Virus record (IMG/VR): IMGVR_UViG_3300041955_000143 | Span: 1 to 37,289 of that record | Direction: 5' to 3' (one strand) | DNA length: 37,289 nt | Source: a virus | Lineage: Duplodnaviria > Heunggongvirae > Uroviricota > Caudoviricetes | Shown here: positions 8,829 to 16,839 of the stretch, piece by piece | Numbering within the stretch: the stretch's first letter is position 1 | Layout: each line of letters begins with the position of its first letter | Made by a program: the position numbers and the translations under genes | The notes under the pieces: generated by a model | Seen by the model: the letters and a program-made list of their open reading frames with translations, nothing else | What the model was told of the DNA's origin: nothing | Databases searched by the model: none

Positions 8829-9325
8829 GGCTGTGATTGTCCAGAGCTAAAGAACTCCCCAAAGGCTACCTTGGCTGCTTGGCAATATGCCTGATGCGCC
8901 TCTTCCGGTGTGTCGAAGGCTCCAAGATTAACGGTCTTCTTATTTATTGTAACTCTAGCCACGAATCTTCGATTCTTCGGAGATACACCCTTGAAACCAG
9001 CGGAATTTGTCGAATAAACTTTGCAGTTTTGTATGTTTTGTGCCCTTGTAGCGATTCTTAGATTTTGGATACTATTCCTCTCGGGATTGCGATCTTTGTG
9101 ATCGATTCTAGCGGGCCAAGTTCCATGCACGTAGAACCAAATTACCTGGTGCACGCCGTATCGCTTACCGTCTATGCAGACACGCAGATAACCATCGCCC
9201 TTAGCGCTTCCAGCTAGGTCGCCTGGCTTGACACCGTTAGGGCGCCAGACCTTCCAGCGCAGAATGCCTAAAAGCGGATCGCAATCAAGCAGTTCTAATA
9301 TCCGTTCCCTAGTTGGCTTTAGCAT
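8825..9325 (-). CDS. HNH homing endonuclease with C-terminal AP2 domain
   Basis: Start at ATG 9325; RERILELLDCDP..G, GYLRVCIDGKRY, IDHKDRNPERNSIQNLR, FKGVS..RFVARV...LGAFDTPEEAHQAY. Confidence 0.9.
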   Translation of the reverse strand: MLKPTRERILELLDCDPLLGILRWKVWRPNGVKPGDLAGSAKGDGYLRVCIDGKRYGVHQVIWFYVHGTWPARIDHKDRNPERNSIQNLRIATRAQNIQNCKVYSTNSAGFKGVSPKNRRFVARVTINKKTVNLGAFDTPEEAHQAYCQAAKVAFGEFFSSGQSQP

Positions 9326-9819
9326 TCGTACCACTGGCTGCCCCCGAGAATCGGCGTGATGACTGGCGCTATTCTAACCCATCCGAAGGCGTTCGTAATT
9401 TGCACCTCGGAGAGCCCGTCGCAAAGCTGGCCACTGCTGAAGCTGATCGTGATATTGTTCGTCGCCGCGTCTCCCTTTATGTCCTTGAATAAGATCGAGG
9501 CCGCAGAAGCCATCGTCGCCGCTAGGGGGAGAACCGCGTAGCTCGGAGAGCCAAGAGTCTTGCCGAAGAGGATGATGCTATCGGTGGTCTCTACTTGATA
9601 GGGACTGCCAGAGGTGGCGCCCGCCGTAAGCGTCTCGGTATTCAATGAACGAAACGAGCCGAAAAAATTGGCGAGGACCGCCGTCGTGATCCCGTAGCTG
9701 TTTCCCTGCGCAGCATTCCCCGGTGACACAATGTACATGAGTTCGCTGCCAGTCAGCGGCCCATTCAGGGTCATAAAGCTGGTAAGTCGGCCGTCAGTGG
9801 GCGTGACTGAGTTAGCCAT
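9319..9819 (-). CDS. Virion structural protein, no signal peptide (166 aa)
   Basis: N-terminal LTSF..L.GPLTGSELMYIV module; TDSII...LPLAA...ILFKDIKGDAATNNITI...CDG module common in phage collar and fibre proteins. Confidence 0.65.
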   Translation of the reverse strand: MANSVTPTDGRLTSFMTLNGPLTGSELMYIVSPGNAAQGNSYGITTAVLANFFGSFRSLNTETLTAGATSGSPYQVETTDSIILFGKTLGSPSYAVLPLAATMASAASILFKDIKGDAATNNITISFSSGQLCDGLSEVQITNAFGWVRIAPVITPILGGSQWYEC

Positions 9820-9826
9820 CGCGCTC

Positions 9827-10024
9827 TTACAGTCTCTCTTTCGTTCTCTCTTGTTTCTTTACCCACGCCGCGAAATGCTCGTCCTGCAAGTGCGCCTCCC
9901 AAGCCTTATCGTCAATCTGGCCAGTTTGGCGACAGGCGAGGATCATATCATAGCGCGTCGATTTCGTCGCCCGATCTGGAATCGCGGCTTCGGCGGCAGA
10001 TATGGCATCGTTCCATTCGGTCAT
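9827..10024 (-). CDS. Small conserved-type phage protein (65 aa)
   Basis: Start re-called at ATG 10024 (TGATG overlap); RYDMILACRQTGQI...HLQDEHFAAWV. Confidence 0.6.
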   Translation of the reverse strand: MTEWNDAISAAEAAIPDRATKSTRYDMILACRQTGQIDDKAWEAHLQDEHFAAWVKKQERTKERL

Positions 10025-11790
10025 CAGTAGTACGGCACATAACGCGCCGTCCCCGCCACGTTCACGACGATACAACCCGTCACGCTGCCGCCGCCGCAGT
10101 TGCTCGCCGCCGCGACCGTGCTACCATAGCCGATCTGATTGGAGCTGACAGTGGGGGCAGCAGCAGTTGCCACCAATCCAGACGAAGTAAAAATCCCAGA
10201 GGAATTTATCGAAGCTACTTTTGATGAAAGATACCAAAAGGCCGTCGTGTTTGCCGAGACAATATCCAGTTGCCCCGCTGAAACGCCTAATCCGTAAATC
10301 ACAGTACTATCAAGCAGTTTCAATTTAAGTCCAGTCCCGGCAGCGCCGGAATAATCATTGCCGAGAGAAATAGCATTTGGCGATGCGACCCCCGCTGGGG
10401 CAGCACCAGGAGTACCAAAACTCAGAACGTCACCATTCCCCACCGAACCAGTATCGTAGGCAAGAATGCCGGATGATGTCTGGTAATTCCAACTCGATCC
10501 CGTTCCTGCCGTCGGTATGGCTGTTCCGTTATTAATATCGAGCATTTGAATCGCGTTGCTGACGGCACCCGTCACACCGGCATCGCCCGTGCCTTGCGCG
10601 TAAACTGTCGGAGCACTCCCATCGCCATAGCCGCATCCAAGCCATCTAAAGATATTTCCATAAGCGCCCTGGCTCGTGGAACTGTTTAGCCCACGCATCA
10701 GCAAACAGTTTCCCGTGCCGCCAGCGGCTCTGAAAGTTCCCAGCCAAATGATATTGCTGTCGGCCCAGCCCATGTCTACGGCTAGGCCGTTATTGTAAAC
10801 GATATTCCAAGTGACGTTCGGCGATCCAGAGAAATCGGCATTCGTGCTGCCGAGAACCTGAATTGCCTTGGCGGTTGTGGTCAACTGATAAACAAGAAAA
10901 TTCATATACCCGCGCTGCAACTGCACATCGCACTGCGCGAGATTGGTGCCGGTTATACAAGACAAAATCTCGATGTTTGAAACTGAACCTGCGGCCTCGA
11001 TTGAGGTCAGATCGTAAGTGCCCTGCGAAACGCTATCAATAACGAGATTCTGCGTCGCTTCCGAATTTCCGTTGATCGTGAAGCCAACAAAGCCGCCGCC
11101 GAGATTTTCCGGCGTCGATCCAGTTCCATACGGCGTTCGGTGCTTTAGTGCGACGCCAGAGAATGTCGGTAAGAGCACGGTGGAATAGACACCGTTCGGA
11201 CAGGCGCGGACGAGCACGCCTGAAACATTGTTGTCGATAGTCGCGCCGAAATAGAGATTCCCGCCGCACGGCAGTTGCACGGTGCCGCCGCCTGCTGCAC
11301 CGAGCGTTTGTATCGCCGCGTTAATCGCAGTAGAATTTGCAGAGGCAGATCCGCTGCTATTGAGAGTCACAGTTGGCGTAAGCAGCGCGTTACCAGAGGC
11401 ATTAAGATTTCCTCCCACATTCAAATTCCCCGCAATCCCGGCCCCGCCAGCTACAATGAGCGCGCCAGTGGTCGGAGAGGTAGAGGCGGCTCCAGTTATC
11501 ACTGGATTTGAAAGGTAAAGATTGTTGATCGGCGTACCGCTGACTCCTACCGTCCCGCCAAGCGGAACTGGTGTCGATCCCAACGTCAGCCCAAGCCCAG
11601 CCGCAGAAATAAGCGTCGATCCGAGAAGCCGCTTCGATATTCCGCCTTGCAGCAGATAGAAGGAGTCGCTAGGATTCAGCGCAGAAGCCGTTGGCAGCGA
11701 GCCAACATAAGACGGGAAAGTCTGCGACGTCTGCGCCAGAGCAGGAAATGCCGAGAACAGAAGCGCAATGACGGCGATGATCTTTCTCAT
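10024..11790 (-). CDS. Tailspike-like beta-helix protein with signal peptide (588 aa)
   Basis: Start re-called at ATG 11790 (ATGA overlap): MRKIIAVIALLFSAFPALA|QT; NSTAINAAIQTLGAAGGGTVQLP beta-helix cap; C-terminal CIVVNVAGTARYVPYY. Confidence 0.75.
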   Translation of the reverse strand: MRKIIAVIALLFSAFPALAQTSQTFPSYVGSLPTASALNPSDSFYLLQGGISKRLLGSTLISAAGLGLTLGSTPVPLGGTVGVSGTPINNLYLSNPVITGAASTSPTTGALIVAGGAGIAGNLNVGGNLNASGNALLTPTVTLNSSGSASANSTAINAAIQTLGAAGGGTVQLPCGGNLYFGATIDNNVSGVLVRACPNGVYSTVLLPTFSGVALKHRTPYGTGSTPENLGGGFVGFTINGNSEATQNLVIDSVSQGTYDLTSIEAAGSVSNIEILSCITGTNLAQCDVQLQRGYMNFLVYQLTTTAKAIQVLGSTNADFSGSPNVTWNIVYNNGLAVDMGWADSNIIWLGTFRAAGGTGNCLLMRGLNSSTSQGAYGNIFRWLGCGYGDGSAPTVYAQGTGDAGVTGAVSNAIQMLDINNGTAIPTAGTGSSWNYQTSSGILAYDTGSVGNGDVLSFGTPGAAPAGVASPNAISLGNDYSGAAGTGLKLKLLDSTVIYGLGVSAGQLDIVSANTTAFWYLSSKVASINSSGIFTSSGLVATAAAPTVSSNQIGYGSTVAAASNCGGGSVTGCIVVNVAGTARYVPYY

Positions 11791-12260
11791 GGCGTCAAAG
11801 GAATCCCCGTATCCGTCGTCAGAATAACCCCGCTCTCCGTCGTCAGCACCGTACCCCCACCAGTCACCCCGCCATCCGACGTCAGATATTGCATCAGCAA
11901 TGGAATCTCCCCCGTCTGGTCGCACAGTATCAGTTCCGGCCCCGCACCCCACGGCGGTTCGTTCGGACCACCCCACTGCGCGATGAGAACTGTCTGCTCC
12001 TCGTAGGCGAAGTTCGGCACGCGCACGTTGAAAACAGGCGGGGGGTCGGGGGGCAGGAGAATCGTCCGGTTCAATTCAAAGGGAACATCCCAGCACTTCT
12101 CGCAACGTAAAGAATTAAATTGGAAGACGTGTTCTCCGGCCCATTCCTGCTGCTGCCGCAGTTCTCTGAGAGGATACCAAATACCACACAAATCACAGAC
12201 GCCAGCAGCCTCAGGCGAAGTCGCGTCAACGCGAGTGTGGTAGCTCATTCGTCGACTCAT
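11787..12260 (-). CDS. Conserved phage morphogenesis-region Zn-finger protein (157 aa)
   Basis: Start re-called at ATG 12260 (ATGA overlap); GVCDLCG...EWAG...RCEKCWD...PPDPPPV..VRVP. Confidence 0.7.
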   Translation of the reverse strand: MSRRMSYHTRVDATSPEAAGVCDLCGIWYPLRELRQQQEWAGEHVFQFNSLRCEKCWDVPFELNRTILLPPDPPPVFNVRVPNFAYEEQTVLIAQWGGPNEPPWGAGPELILCDQTGEIPLLMQYLTSDGGVTGGGTVLTTESGVILTTDTGIPLTP

Positions 12261-13285
12261 GCGACCATCCTTGTTTGTAATTCTAAATAGCGGAACGACA
12301 ATCCAGTTTTGGATTTGCGTCCGTCTCGGCACAGTTCAGAGATCCTTCCGCCACTGAGGCCACACGCTCTACCGGCCGCCGCCGTGTTAGGATAAATCTC
12401 GCCTGTATTTATACAGATTACGGGAAAGCTCCTTAATTTGGATAGTTTTTCTTTCCACCCAGCCAACGTTTTAGCCTTCTTAGCTTTGGCTTTTTCAAAA
12501 AAACGAAGCCGTTCCTCTCCCGTTATGGCACCGTAGGCGAAGCACAGACCGCTCTTGTGCGTCTTGCCCGTCTTGCACAGGTATTGAACTATCCCGCGAA
12601 CAAGGCCCTTATCTCGTTCGGCCGCTAGAGCACTCTGATAAATGATACCATCGTTTAAGCAGGTAACTGATCGACCATTCGTTTTGGCTAGTTTTTTAAC
12701 TCTTGAATCCTCAGACGAAACTTTTCGTTCTTGAACGCTCGACAACAGAGATAGTCGTTCCTCGTCTGACATTGGTTCGGTGAAGAAGATAAACGACAGA
12801 CCGTTCCGCATAACACCGCCCCTGTTGCATAGCTGCGCCAAATTGTGCCTCTCAACGCCATAGGCTTTCGCAGCAGCCGCTGCACTTGGGTAGACGATGC
12901 CATCATTCAAACAGATAACCGGCTTGCTCCTTCTTTGCGCACTGGCCGCCTGAAACTCTGTCTGCTTTTCCTTAGAGGTAAAGATCAGGGCACCAGCGGC
13001 AATGTTATATTCTGGCTTTAGCAGGGCGATCAGTCGCTCCTCCTCCTTATACATTTTCTCCACCGTAGGCAGAGTCGTTAAAACCGTCCACTCAAACGCA
13101 TCTCGGCCATATTTGCGGATTGCATTGTAGAAACGCGGGCAATCGCGTCCCTTGCGGTTACAATCCTTAAAGTGTCGGTCGCGACGCGCATTTATGCCGA
13201 GCTTTGTCGCGCCAATGTACCGCTCCCCGTTGACGATGTTCGTCGCCATGTAAACGATAAACTCTATAGTTGCATTTTTTTTCAT
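12257..13285 (-). CDS. GIY-YIG homing endonuclease with three NUMOD1-like repeats (342 aa)
   Basis: Start re-called at ATG 13285 (TAATG overlap); IVYMATNIVNGERYIGAT; repeats KPVICLNDGIVYPS, RSVTCLNDGIIYQS, FPVICINTGEIYPN. Confidence 0.9.
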   Translation of the reverse strand: MKKNATIEFIVYMATNIVNGERYIGATKLGINARRDRHFKDCNRKGRDCPRFYNAIRKYGRDAFEWTVLTTLPTVEKMYKEEERLIALLKPEYNIAAGALIFTSKEKQTEFQAASAQRRSKPVICLNDGIVYPSAAAAAKAYGVERHNLAQLCNRGGVMRNGLSFIFFTEPMSDEERLSLLSSVQERKVSSEDSRVKKLAKTNGRSVTCLNDGIIYQSALAAERDKGLVRGIVQYLCKTGKTHKSGLCFAYGAITGEERLRFFEKAKAKKAKTLAGWKEKLSKLRSFPVICINTGEIYPNTAAAGRACGLSGGRISELCRDGRKSKTGLSFRYLELQTRMVA

Positions 13286-13965
13286 TACGACGCTCGGTAG
13301 AATCCGGTTAAGCCTGGGAAAATATAGAGCGGGACGGCTTCTCCTTGGGACGCGGCGCGCTCGTATGCTTCTTTTGCATCGACCTTGCGCTTGTCCTCGA
13401 GTTGAGGGGCATAGATGCGAGACAGCCGATACGCGAGTTCGGCTACGTAGGCATCCAACCACCAATACTGCAACTGCGCATTGCCGCCTTGCGGGAGCTT
13501 GGCGTCCTGCATTTGATTGTAGGTATAATAAAACATGGTGTATGTCGCCGTACCATCAGGAACTGGCCATAGCGTCAGAGTTTGCGGGATGGCCCGGTCC
13601 AACCAAAAAGTTGTGGGAAAACCTTGGGTTGTAGGATTTCCCAAACTCGCGAAATCCGTGCGACTGAAAGCGAAGATCAATCTGTTGTAAGAACCGTTGC
13701 TGATGTAGACGTCGAGCACGGTGATCGCATTATCGGGAACCGTGTAGGTCGCCGTCCCTTGGACAAGCGGCACGGAATTTAGCTGGACGGTCCAAAACGT
13801 GATGCCGTCAGCGCCCCAAGCAGATTGGAGATAATTGGATTCGTTAAACGCATCGTCCATGTGTTGCGCGAGAATCTCGGTCCGCTTAACGCCACAGCGC
13901 GCAAACGCACTGATCGCCAACTGGCCGATCGGCGGGTTGAAAGAAAATTGGTTAGACGTTGCCAC
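13285..13965 (-). CDS. Head-tail adaptor or connector protein (226 aa)
   Basis: MATSNQFSFN...AFARCG...WGADGITFWTV...QGTATYT...QGFPTTFWLDR...LTLWPVPD...LAYRLS matches podovirus-type adaptor family; position in operon. Confidence 0.7.
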   Translation of the reverse strand: MATSNQFSFNPPIGQLAISAFARCGVKRTEILAQHMDDAFNESNYLQSAWGADGITFWTVQLNSVPLVQGTATYTVPDNAITVLDVYISNGSYNRLIFAFSRTDFASLGNPTTQGFPTTFWLDRAIPQTLTLWPVPDGTATYTMFYYTYNQMQDAKLPQGGNAQLQYWWLDAYVAELAYRLSRIYAPQLEDKRKVDAKEAYERAASQGEAVPLYIFPGLTGFYRAS

Positions 13966-14136
13966 GGTCTCGGCCCTTTCGCCTTTTGGGCGGTTATATC
14001 ATATCGGGCGATTCTCGGCCATTGGCGTTATTTTTCGTCTCAATCGTGCCATGGCAATTCTGGGGCTCTGACGCATAGATCGAGGAACACCGCCAGACAG
14101 ACCACGACGAAGATCAGGAGCATCATCATTTCAGCC

Positions 14137-16839
14137 TCATGGCGTCGTATAGGTTGTGAATGCGTTATAGGCCGTGCTTGGCTGCGTGTAGATGTTCGAC
14201 GTGGCTGTGGGCCACAAACTCCATTGAATCTGCTCGGAAACCATTTGAAACACCGCTGGGGCCAGAGAACTTGGATATGCAGCAAAGGCATCAAAGTCGT
14301 TGGTTAGCAATGTCGCGTAGGCGGTACTCAGATGGTAAGAGATCAACAGGCTTTGAAACTCGTTTGCTAAACACGCTTCCGCAAGAGCAACTGTTCCCTG
14401 AATAGCGGCAGTACAATTATCCGTTCCGCCAGAGGCGTAGGCCGGAATGTTCCAAGTGGATGACGAACCAAACGACGTATTCCAAGTGTCGATGTTGGTG
14501 GCAGATGGCCCTATGTCCTGAAACCATCCCTCATATTGCCACACGCCGCGAATAGTGCAGTTCGGTGTCGCGGCGCACGATCCGGTCGCGTATTTCACCG
14601 CCAAAGCATTGAAAAAGTAGAAATAGCCCTCGCTGGTGCATGGTGCTGAATATGTGTTGGTGGCTTCCACACAATCCAATGTATTCCCGCTCTTTGACGC
14701 ACCGCCACCGGTGGCTATTTGGCCGTGGTTCACATCGTAGTCAACGAACGTCATCGCCGCCGCTAACTGGCTTCCGGTATTCGTGCATCCGTTCCCAAGC
14801 GCCCCGCCGCCGCAACTATCTGCCGCCTGAAACAATGTAAGCGTCTGTCCGGTCTGCACGGTCGCATAATAGCTGCCGGTTCCGTTAAGCAGTTGTGGCC
14901 CCGATCCGGTAGTCTGAACTGAAAGAATCTGAGCGCCGTTTAGATACGGCGCATAGCTTAAATCGTCCATCTGGTCGCACACCGGGCAATGCGTCGGGGA
15001 TGAACTCGAATAATTGGTTGCTATCGCACCGCTCGATAGCGTCAGAGTAGTGCTCCCAACCGTCGTTGCCTGATTGACGCACCAAGACGTGCTGCTGTTC
15101 TTGTAGATAACAATGAGAGGAAGCGAAGTGCCGCCGTTCGGTATCACTTGCATTCCTAGTTGAATACCCGTTCCTGAATTAACCGTCATCGTTCCGGTCG
15201 GGGAAAGCGTGCTGGAAATTCCTGCGCAAGCAGTGGTCGATACCGACCCGGTAACGCTGACCGGCGAAGCCCCAGCTCCTAATGTAAAATTATTGCTGCT
15301 GTCAAACGTCAGATCATTTCCAAGCAACCGCAGATTTTCGACTATACTTCCAGTGCAGGTACACGTTTCCATGCGCTCCAAGTCTGTCATTGACCGGCCA
15401 GCGGCAACCCACGCGGCAGATACCAGTTGCATCACGAGATAACGATTGTACGCGTACTCGTCGTAGGCTAGTTCGTTGACACCACTGGTCGCCGGAAACC
15501 CTCTCTGCAATCCACGCACTTCCGCCCGCTCGGTCTGATAATTCTGGAAATTGAATATCTCATTGCTGTATTCGGGAAACCACTTAAGCCCCTTGACGAG
15601 AGCGGTCGCCATGTAGGTTGCAAACGACGTGATAGAAGCCGAATCGGCTACAGGATCAAAGAACGTCGGAATCTGCACCCAACAGTTCGTGTGCGTCACG
15701 TTGCACAGTGCGACCGTGACAGCAATAGGCACGCCCTGCGTCACCCCATTATTGTTCCAGTAGGTCCAGACTTGAAGATAACTGTCATAGACAAACGTGT
15801 GCATCGTGCTGGCGCTGATCTGATGCAAGGTAAGCGTCTGCGCTCCATAGAGTTGCGCGATGGGTTTGGCCCCAAGTCCGCACCAGTTGATCGTTGGCGC
15901 TAGAGTGTTAGTTACGTCCAACTCGCCTTGGATTATCGCGCCAGTCAGAGTACCCGGGCAAGAGCATGTTCCGCCAGAACAATTTGCGATGTAATTCGTG
16001 CCGCCGCCGGAACTGTTGATGCTCCCTGTGTACCAAGATTGATTGAAGGAAGCGTTCAGATTGTAGCTGAATGAATTGAGACTCGCCAAGTTGGCCCAAC
16101 TCGATACATTGCCATTTGACGTGTCTGTCCAATTGAGAAAACGCAAGACGCGAGGATTTAGCGACGAGCACGCCCCATAATAACTGCACGGCGGCGTACC
16201 GCCCGGTGCTGTCGAGATCAAGGAAACAAAATCTGGATTAAAGCAGATGCCGAGGCTGCAATTCGGCCCGACACCATTAGTTATCGTTGTCTCCTGACTC
16301 TCCAGTCCCATCATAGCGTTGCCGTCACCGCTATATGATCCCGTCGTCGGCAGAGTGACCGTTATCTGTGTTGGATATGCCGAATTGAAATGAAAAATGA
16401 AGCGACAGGCACCAGCGCCAGTCCCGGTAAATGTCGATCCGCTGAATGAGCAGCCCGTCCCTGTTGTACTGGTGACCGTAACGCCACCGCCACCTGTTAT
16501 CCTGAAGGTCTGCGGCCCAGTTGACCATTTGATGAACAAGTCAGACGAACCAATGTCGCCGTTGCCTGTTCCGTTTGGAATGTAGATATTGCAAGTAAGG
16601 TCAGTTCCCGGCGCGGAAGTCGCGTAGAAATCGGCATTCAAAACTGATATGGCGGAAGAACTAAATGGGCTGCACGACTTGAACCAATTAGCGAAGGCGA
16701 AATCGCCGCCTTGGATTGGACCAAGATCAAGAACTGCTGGTACAGCCCCGACCGGAGTTATCGCGCTGGGTCCAGAGCCATGTGTCCAGCCGCCAAGTGA
16801 AAGGCAGAGCAGGCAGGCTATGGTGCGCGCGAGCTTCAT
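14137..16839 (-). CDS. Large exported-type Cys-rich protein with putative glycoside-hydrolase-like TIM barrel (900 aa)
   Basis: MKLARTIACLLCLSLGGWTHG; FNPDF...VLRFLNW, GVPI..TVALCN...WVQIP, PEYSNEIFN resemble an uncharacterised clan-A-like GH or cellulose-binding-protein family. Confidence 0.6.
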   Translation of the reverse strand: MKLARTIACLLCLSLGGWTHGSGPSAITPVGAVPAVLDLGPIQGGDFAFANWFKSCSPFSSSAISVLNADFYATSAPGTDLTCNIYIPNGTGNGDIGSSDLFIKWSTGPQTFRITGGGGVTVTSTTGTGCSFSGSTFTGTGAGACRFIFHFNSAYPTQITVTLPTTGSYSGDGNAMMGLESQETTITNGVGPNCSLGICFNPDFVSLISTAPGGTPPCSYYGACSSLNPRVLRFLNWTDTSNGNVSSWANLASLNSFSYNLNASFNQSWYTGSINSSGGGTNYIANCSGGTCSCPGTLTGAIIQGELDVTNTLAPTINWCGLGAKPIAQLYGAQTLTLHQISASTMHTFVYDSYLQVWTYWNNNGVTQGVPIAVTVALCNVTHTNCWVQIPTFFDPVADSASITSFATYMATALVKGLKWFPEYSNEIFNFQNYQTERAEVRGLQRGFPATSGVNELAYDEYAYNRYLVMQLVSAAWVAAGRSMTDLERMETCTCTGSIVENLRLLGNDLTFDSSNNFTLGAGASPVSVTGSVSTTACAGISSTLSPTGTMTVNSGTGIQLGMQVIPNGGTSLPLIVIYKNSSTSWCVNQATTVGSTTLTLSSGAIATNYSSSSPTHCPVCDQMDDLSYAPYLNGAQILSVQTTGSGPQLLNGTGSYYATVQTGQTLTLFQAADSCGGGALGNGCTNTGSQLAAAMTFVDYDVNHGQIATGGGASKSGNTLDCVEATNTYSAPCTSEGYFYFFNALAVKYATGSCAATPNCTIRGVWQYEGWFQDIGPSATNIDTWNTSFGSSSTWNIPAYASGGTDNCTAAIQGTVALAEACLANEFQSLLISYHLSTAYATLLTNDFDAFAAYPSSLAPAVFQMVSEQIQWSLWPTATSNIYTQPSTAYNAFTTYTTP

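Noticed and set aside
12257-13465. ORF-track starts extending far upstream (13465, 23193, 11976, 28639, 31524, 12332, 1166, 688)
   Set aside because: They overlap upstream genes out of frame; internal ATGs with coupled overlaps or SDs and family-typical N-termini are better starts
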